In this document: piece by piece, positions 55,859-64,000 of the stretch
How the letters are laid out: each line of letters begins with the position of its first letter
Position numbering within the stretch: the first letter of the stretch is position 1
Origin: Octopus vulgaris
Lineage: Eukaryota
Reading direction: 5' to 3'
Length of the DNA: 64,000 nt
NCBI GenBank assembly: GCA_951406725.2
Contig: OX597838.1
Coordinates: 41,230,001 to 41,294,000, forward strand
Program-made: the position numbers and the translations under genes
The notes under the pieces: generated by a model
Databases searched by the model: none
Told to the model about the DNA's origin: nothing
What the model saw: the letters and a program-made list of their open reading frames with translations, nothing else

Positions 55859-57660
55859 CCAACAACAACAACATCGACAAAATGGAGGGGGAGAAAAACA
55901 AAGGAAATCTCTGTATAAGAACTAAAGACCGTCTAAGAAACATGACTCGCATGTTCAATTGCATACGAAAGACTGTTTTGTGTCTGTGTTATTTTTTTTA
56001 TCTGTAGTCACCTTCCCCCCCTCTCCCTGGCACCAGCCCCTCTGCCTCCATCAACCTCCCATCTTCCCTCCTCATCCACTCCCACTTTCTTTCCCTTTTA
56101 ACCACTAAAAACCACTCTCTTAGCTCACAGACACTAAACACCCGCTGTGACTATTTAAACATCCCCATCACCGCTAGATTTTATAATTTACTCCCTCCTC
56201 CACCACCTTTCACACAGTGTACACCCCCACCGCACCCCCAACTTCTCTATCACTACCTATTCCTTGCCTGTATACTATCCTTCTACCTGGTCCCCAATTT
56301 AGCGAACCGAACCACATTTTATCCTCGAGCGAAACAAACTATATTTTGTTGGACTTACGGTTATTGATTGAATAAGAAAATTAGATTGTATAGGAGAATA
56401 TAAAGGTTGTATCATCATTATGATCAAGGACTGCTGAAAAAAATCTTCACCGATCTATTAAAGATTTTATGGTTTTAACCTCAATAAAAGGTTAAAACAA
56501 TTTATATAAAATTTTTCGTTATATTTAATTCGTTTTGGAACCAATCGTTTAAATTATTTTCATTAAAACCAATCAAATACTTTCGCTATTCAAGTTTACA
56601 TCAAATTTGTGGAATATGTGTTGTTATGTGGCTGTATTTAGTGAATGCAATGTTAAGTCCTTCTTTTAAAATACTGTCATTTTTGACGGCACAAATATAA
56701 CATCAGAAACATTTTCAAACTTTGGCACAAGGCCAGCAGTCTCGGCGAAGAGACTAAGTCGATTACATAGCCCCAGGACTCAACTAGTACTTATTTCATC
56801 ACTTCCCAAAAGGATGGAAAGGCAAAGTCGGTCTCGGTGAAATTTGAACTCAGAAAAACCGCTAAGCTTTTTGCTCGGCGTGCTAACAACTCTGCCAGCT
56901 CAATGTCTAACTAATAAGAGAAATCATCCTTTTTACTATAGGCACAAGGAAAGAAGTCTAACAATTCTGCCAGCTCGCCACATGAGAAAAACATAAGAAA
57001 TAATGTCGTCTATAATGGGACAAATCTAGCGTTTCTTACAATGGACTTACAATTGACTTGAATTAGAATGGCGTTGTTCTTTGCGTCAACAATATGACTA
57101 ACTCAACCATAATGTAAGTTATATCCTATTAAATTCCAGATGGCGGCACCATCTTTACACAATGACTAAAGTCATTCAGTGGAGGAGGTTTCATATTATC
57201 ACTCCATCTACAAGATATAGCAACCAAATCTCCCTCAGATCACACCCTAATGTTTTAGAAAATGATGCATCAATCTGCAATGATTGAAAACAAATAATGA
57301 GTCTTTAAGCGGTTGCTCGATTAGCAACAAATAGCAGCCAAATCTCCCTCAAATCACGCCATACTGCATCAGAAAAAGACCACGTTTGGTCTGCATGTGT
57401 TGTACTTGAGGAAAACACGGGATGGCCACGGCTAAAAAGTATTTGATCCTAGGTCTACAAAACAACAACAACAACAACAGCAAAAAATGCAGCAATGGTT
57501 TCCAAATCCTTCTTGTCTGTCATGAGGGAGGAATTTAAGTTATACAGATTACAATTGAGAAGTTTTCAATTATTTGATGCCGCCATCTTTCATATTAAAA
57601 CAGTCCAACGGCGAAATGTCAGATAAGAATCTTTATGCAGAGTTTATCAACGGACAACTG

Positions 57661-57734
<74 letters not shown>

Positions 57735-58056
57735 ACGTGTGTGTGTGTGTATGTGAGCGTGTGTGTGTGTGTGCATGTGTGTGTGTGCGTGTGTGTGTAT
57801 GTGAGCGTGTGCGTGTGTGTGTGCGTGTGTGTGTGTATGTGCGCGCGGGCGCGTTGTTAACATCATAAGAACTTAAAAACTTCAAGTGACATGAATTAAT
57901 TCGTTTTTAACAGAGGTACTCGAAGTAGATAAAGCTATAAACAATTAGTGTAAATATTGAGTTTAACAAAAACTATCTATAGAGGTCTTTTAACGCAGTA
58001 TCTGCACGATGTTATTTATAGGCTTTCTATTTCGAGTTCAACCATTAAAACAAATT

Positions 58057-58136
<80 letters not shown>

Positions 58137-58379
58137 CAGCCTGGAAGATGTTTGTAAGCCATTCAAGAACACACAAAACCGTTAGCTTCACTTCAATATT
58201 TAAATTTCATTTGTATCAAAATGTTTTCGTCGCTTTGAAACCGCGACCTCTTCACTGGCAAAACTTCAAACTGCATCTGAGAAAGTAACAGTTCATAATA
58301 CGTATGTATGTATGTATGTATGTATGTATGTATGTATGTATGTATGTATGTATGTATGTATTTATGTATGTATGTATGT

Positions 58380-58774
58380 AGGCGCAGGAGTGGCTTTGTG
58401 GTAAGTAGCTTGTTTACCAACCACATGGTTCTGGGTTCAGTCCCACTGCGTGGCACCTTGGGCAAGTGTCTTCTACTATAGCCTCGGGCTGACCAAAGCC
58501 TTGTGAGTGGATTTGGTAGACGGAAACTGAAAGAAGCCCGTCGTATATATGTATAGATATATATGCGATGTGTGTTTGTGTCTGTGTTTGTCCCCTTTGC
58601 ATTGCTTGACAACCGATGCTGGTGTGTTTATCTCCCCGTTACTTAGCGGTTCGGCAAAAGAGACCGATAGAATAAGTACTGGGCTTACAAAAGAACAAGT
58701 CCTGGGTCGAGTTGCTCGATTAAAGGCGGTGCTCCAGCATGGCCGCAGTCAAATGACTGAAACAAGTAAAAGAG
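58380..58774 (+). mobile_element. SINE family A, full length, inside (TATG)n
   Basis: Matches 24368-24778. Confidence 0.9.
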
Positions 58775-59051
58775 TATGTATGTATGTCTCTTCTGGTTTT
58801 TAATTCTTACAAACCTTCCGCTAAGGTAGGAGTTGGTTTCCAACAAAGACAGAAGGCTCCATGTTTTGGAATGGAGGTAACAGAGAGAAATTCACATTTG
58901 GAACTTGAGAGAAGTCTTATGCGAGCATTTGAGTGCGCAAACGTGTCTGCGTGTGTGCGTATATGTGTATGTACATGCAAACGTATGTTTATGTACTGAT
59001 ATGTGTGTCTGTTCTAGCTGTATATATAACTGTTACTCTGTCGAAGGTTGA

Positions 59052-59137
<86 letters not shown>

Positions 59138-59142
<5 letters not shown>

Positions 59143-59356
59143 GAAATGACGAAAATGCTGACAAAATAATTTAAGTAATAGATAGATTTTTTCCTCTTAA
59201 GAGGAAAAAATCTATCAGAAAGGAACTCTATCTCTCTTTAAAAAACATCTTTTGATAAGCATAACAAATGCGCAACCGGTAAAAAGAACTTTCACCTAAT
59301 TAAATTACTTAAATTACTTAAATTATTTTGTCAGCATTTTCTTCATTTCCTTTTTT
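59138..59356. mobile_element. Small fold-back element in (TA)n with about 42-bp inverted termini
   Basis: AAAAGGAAATGACGAAAATGCTGACAAAATAATTTAAGTAAT is mirrored at 59313-59354. Confidence 0.7.
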
Positions 59357-59390
59357 ATATATCACAACTCGTGTTCCACATCTCCATTTT

Positions 59391-59435
<45 letters not shown>

Positions 59436-59534
59436 ATAGAAATGGCAAGACAACAATAGAATGAAGGAGACCTCGACATTATGTAAATAGGGGAATTTAT
59501 CTGTAAATATATGTGACAATTATTCGGTAGTAAT

Positions 59535-59595
59535 GATAAAACTCCGAGTTTCGGATGTCGGGGCGGAAACCCACGCCGGCATCTCTTCAGTTATC
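59535..59595 (-). ncRNA. Type I hammerhead ribozyme motif, intact
   Basis: GAUAA-CUGAAGA-GAUGCCGG..CCGACAUC-C-GAAA-CUCGGA-GUU-UUAUC; perfect 5-bp stem I. Confidence 0.75.
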
Positions 59596-59621
59596 GGCCC
59601 ATCGAAAGAAATGCTATGAAA

Positions 59622-59682
59622 ATGACCTGAAGAGATGCTGGCGTGGGTTTCTGCCCCGACATCCGAAACTCGGAGTTTTATC
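59622..59682 (+). ncRNA. Hammerhead motif, inverted partner, with a weakened stem I
   Basis: CUGAAGA at 59627, GAAA at 59665, GUU at 59675; the 5' stem I arm is AUGAC instead of GAUAA. Confidence 0.65.
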
Positions 59683-59717
59683 ATGGCTACCGAATAATTG
59701 TCACATATTATATTTAC

Positions 59718-59763
<46 letters not shown>

Positions 59764-59958
59764 CTTTCACCACCGTCTAGTGGTGAATAGATACAATGTC
59801 TTACATACTTAATGGAAATATAAACCTACCTATACATATGTACAAGCACACACAATCATATAAACACGTATACACACACATATATACGCATAATCTTACA
59901 TTATACACATATATACGTTTATCCAGCTACGCATACATACAGACAGACAGAACGGATT

Positions 59959-60537
59959 GAAAAAATTACAAAAATCAACTCCAGGTTAGAATGCGATTGA
60001 TAAAGCCGAGGGAACGTGCATTTGTACACGTAAGTACATCAGCTGCTGCCATCGATAATACGCGTACGCGAGAAAAATGCACGTGCAGTTTGCGCAAAAA
60101 AATCATCATGCTTTTCCATCTAGATTTACCTCCAGCTAACCCATTTGCATGCATCGTTTTTGTCCTGCTTTTCTTCCGTCAACCTGTACATAACTGCACA
60201 TTCCATTTTTTTGTTGTTTTTGTACTGCTTGAAGGCACATTTCTTTCCTGACAAGCTTACTGTTTAAACCATGTTTGTGTTCTCCCAGTCAACAGCCTTA
60301 TCATTACTGGTACTTTAAACTCTTCGGTTGCATATTTGTGTGAATGAAATCGTTTTCCTTTGGAATAGAAAAAAAGTCTATCTTTATTTCTTCTTTTGCT
60401 GGTGTCTCAAATTTAGGTTAAATCAGTGTTTCTCGAAGGAGAGGCTTATGGGACGGTCGGACAAGTTGTTTTGAGAAAATTTGGTTTAAATGTTTGACAA
60501 CTCAGCACCGTCCACTGGACGGGGGACATTTTGCTCG
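59959..60537 (+). mobile_element. Helitron-like H3, second copy with a rearranged 5' end
   Basis: Matches 45110-45665 and has the same hairpin and CTCG|T end. Confidence 0.65.
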
Positions 60538-60542
60538 TATAT

Positions 60543-61428
60543 ACTCTTTTACTCTTTTACTTGTTTCAGTCATTTGACTGTGGCCATGCTGGAGCACCGC
60601 CTTTAGTTGAGCAAATCGACCCTGGGACTTATTCTTTGTAAGCCCAGTACTTATTCTATCGGTCTCTTTTTGCCGAACTGCTAAGTGACGAGGACGTAAA
60701 CACACCAGCATCGGTTGTCAAGTGATGGTGGGAGGACAAACACAGACACACAAACATATACACACACATACATATACATATATACATATATACGACAGGC
60801 TTCTTTCAGTTTCCGTCTACCAAATCCACTCACAAGGCATTGGTCGGCCCGAGGCTATAGTAGAAGACACTTGCCCAAGGTGCCACGCAGTGGGACTGAA
60901 CCCGGAACCATGTGGTTGGTAAACAAGCTACTTACCACACAGTCACTTCTGCGTCTGGGCCGACCAATGCCTTGTGAGTGGATTTGGTAGACGGAAGCTG
61001 AAAGAAGCCCGTTGTATATATATATATTTATAAGTATGTGTGTGTATGTGTGTATATGTTTGTGTGTCTGTGATTGTCTTCCCAACATCGCTTGACAACC
61101 GATGCTGGTGTGTTTACGTCACCGCAACCTAGCGGTTCGGGAACGTGAAACTCCGAGTAACAGCTTTTGTTATATTTCTACTGTTTTTAAATAAAGTTGT
61201 TTTTTTTTTTGTACTTGTTTCAGTCATTTGACTGCGGCCATGCTGGAGCACCGACTTTAGAGTGGTGAAAGAGTACAGCAGGGATCACCACCATCCCCTG
61301 CCGGAGCCTCGTGGAGCTTTTAGGTGTTTTCGCTCAATAAACACACACAACGCCTGGTCTGGGAATCGAAACCGCGATCCTCCGACCGCAAGTCAGCTGC
61401 CCTAACCACTGGGCCATTGCGCCTCCAC
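60543..61428. mobile_element. SINE cluster: family A (-) 60543-60953, partial A (+) 60954-61139, A tail (-) 61210-61260, family C head (-) 61260-61428
   Basis: Matches to the full-length copies elsewhere in the window. Confidence 0.85.
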
Positions 61429-61649
61429 ATATGTATATATATATCAGTATCATGCATCTCAACATGTACGTATGAATTTCTACATGTAAATGAGAAAAAG
61501 GGTTGATTATAGATGGGTACTCCCGAGTGAAATATGGGGGTTACCTCATTCGGATTTACGGTTGATGGGACGGGGGTACTTCTGTATACAGACATAGTCG
61601 GTGACTTGTCTCAGCATTAGGATGTCTAAGTTAAGTCTCCCTAAGGAGG

Positions 61650-63212
61650 CACACATACACATATACACATGCATACATACAAACATACAAACATATACAT
61701 ATACACATACATACGTGCATGCATGCATGCATACATGCATACATACATGTATGTATGTATGTATGTATGTATGTATGCATGTATGTATGCATGTATGTAT
61801 GTATGTATGTTTGTATGTATGTATGTATGTATGTATGTATGTATGTATGTGTGTATATATGTAAGTATTATGTATGTATGTATGTATGTATGTATGTATG
61901 TATGTATGTATGTATGTGTGTATATATGTAAGTATTATGTATGTATGTATGTATGTGTGTATGTATGTATGTATGTATGTATTATGTGTGTATGTATGTA
62001 TGTATGTATGTATGTATGTATGTATGTATGTATGTGTGTATGTATGTATGTATGTATGTATGTATGTGTGTATGTATGTATGTATGTATGTATTATGTGT
62101 GTATGTATGTATGTGTGTATGTATGTATGTATGTATGTGTGTATGTATGTATGTGTGTATGTATGTATGTATTATGTGTGTGTATGTATGTATGTATGTA
62201 TGTATGTATGTGTGTATGTATGTATGTATGTATGTATGTATGTATGTATGTATGTATGTATGTATGTATGTATGTATGTATGTGTGTATGTATGTATGTA
62301 TGTATGTATGTATGTATGTGTGTATGTATGTATGTATGTATGTATGTATGTATTATGTGTGTATGTATGTATGTATGTATGTGTGTATGTATGTATGTGT
62401 GTATGTATGTATGTATGTATTATGTATGTATGTATGTATGTATGTATGTATGTATGTATGTATGTATGTATGTGTGTATGTATGTATGTATTATGTGTGT
62501 ATGTATGTATGTATGTATGTATGTGTGTATGTATGTATGTATGTATGTATGTATGTATGTATGTATGTATGTATGTATGTGTGTATGTATGTATGTATGT
62601 ATGTGTATGTATGTATGTATGTATGTATGTATGTATGTATGTATGTATGTGTGTATGTATGTATGTATGTATGTATGTATTATGTGTGTATGTATGTATG
62701 TATGTATGTATGTATGTGTGTATGTATGTATGTATGTGTGTATGTATGTATGTATGTATTATGTATGTATGTGTGTATGTATGTATGTATGTATGTGTGT
62801 ATGTATGTATGTGTGTATGTATGTATGTATTATGTGTGTATGTATGTATGTATGTATGTATGTGTGTATGTATGTATGTATGTATGTATGTATGTATGTA
62901 TGTATGTATGTATGTATGTATGTATGTATGTATGTATGTATGTATGTATGTATGTATGTATGTATGTATGTATGTATGTATGTATGTATGCATGTATGTA
63001 TGTATGTATGTGTGTATGTATGTATGTATGTATGTATGTGTGTATGTATGTATGTATGTATGTATGTATGTATGTATGTATGTATGTATGTATGTATGTA
63101 TGTATGTGTGTATGTATGTATGTATGTATGTATGTATGTATGTGTATGTATGTATGTATGTATGTATGTATGTATGTATGTATGTATGTATGTATGTATG
63201 TATGTGTGTATG
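61650..63212. repeat. Very long (TATG)n array with recurrent TATTATGTGTG interruptions
   Basis: Direct reading; explains the 514/447/440-aa ORFs. Confidence 0.95.
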
Positions 63213-63722
63213 ATTAGGTTTAAGGCGACTGAGGAAACCCACAAAGAGCGAAACTTATTGTGAGTTTGTTTTTCCAAACGAAGGTCTTGGACATGGAAAT
63301 AAATTTATGGTTTTTCTTGAATATCAGAAAACTGGGTTTAAAAATAGGAAGCGGAAAACGAGATTTCTTTTTCACCAGAAGACATGCAAAGTAAAAGAAT
63401 TAGCTTCCTTCTGTGTCTAACCATTCAATGAATGCGATTGTTTTTTTTTTATTTTAATATGGTGGGATTTTTTTGTTTGTTTTTTATGGTTGTTTTCTTA
63501 CTTTTTTCTTACAAGAAAAAAGAACTTAACAGAATTCTAAGCCTGGAGTTGGAGAGGTGTTAGAGGAGGAGAGAGAATTCTTGGTATTTTCTTCCATAGA
63601 ACATCTCCTTCTATGTCTCCCTCCCAGGCAAAAATTCAATTGTCAAACTTTTGAAAGGAATGAAACACCACATTAACCATACTAATTTGGAACCGATCTC
63701 TCTCTTTCTCTCTCTCTCTCTG

Positions 63723-63811
<89 letters not shown>

Positions 63812-64000
63812 ATTCATATATATATATTTATATATTTATAATAAGAGTTGATCGTATACGAGTGGGTATATATTTATAAAAAAAGAAGTTTGAAAACGCC
63901 ACTATATAAGATAAATTTTAATTTTCTTAGAAATTTTACATGCTTCGGTTCTTCTTGAAAAAACAAACCTTGGATCTTTTCATTTTGAAGGCCAGATTTT

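Noticed and set aside
55116-56007. Poly-K/R/L ORFs
   Set aside because: (GAA)n artefact
61669-63263. Long ORFs (514, 447, 440 aa) and similar YI/HT/VCMY ORFs throughout the window
   Set aside because: Translations of stop-free microsatellites

Overview
Repeat-dominated animal genomic DNA with no convincing host protein-coding gene, so probably intergenic or a large intron. The SINE families and very high (TA)n/(TATG)n density suggest an octopus/coleoid genome (inference). Almost all ORF-track entries are microsatellite artefacts. Real coding remnants: two mariner transposases, one DD37D/maT-like transposase split by a Tigger-like MITE, a Helitron PIF1 helicase fragment in a composite Helitron with a 160-bp tandem array, a Penelope GIY-YIG endonuclease, and an RLE-type (HERO-like) non-LTR element that has lost its RT. 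Also present: several non-autonomous Helitrons, many tRNA-derived SINEs, two G-rich minisatellites and a 100-N gap. The most interesting signal is a set of sequence-unrelated minimal type I hammerhead ribozyme motifs (CUGANGA...GAAA, short palindromic stem III) in small microsatellite-embedded, often inverted, Penelope-like elements. These include long-stem-II variants and a back-to-back palindromic pair. All calls were made by eye, and coordinates of decayed repeats are approximate.
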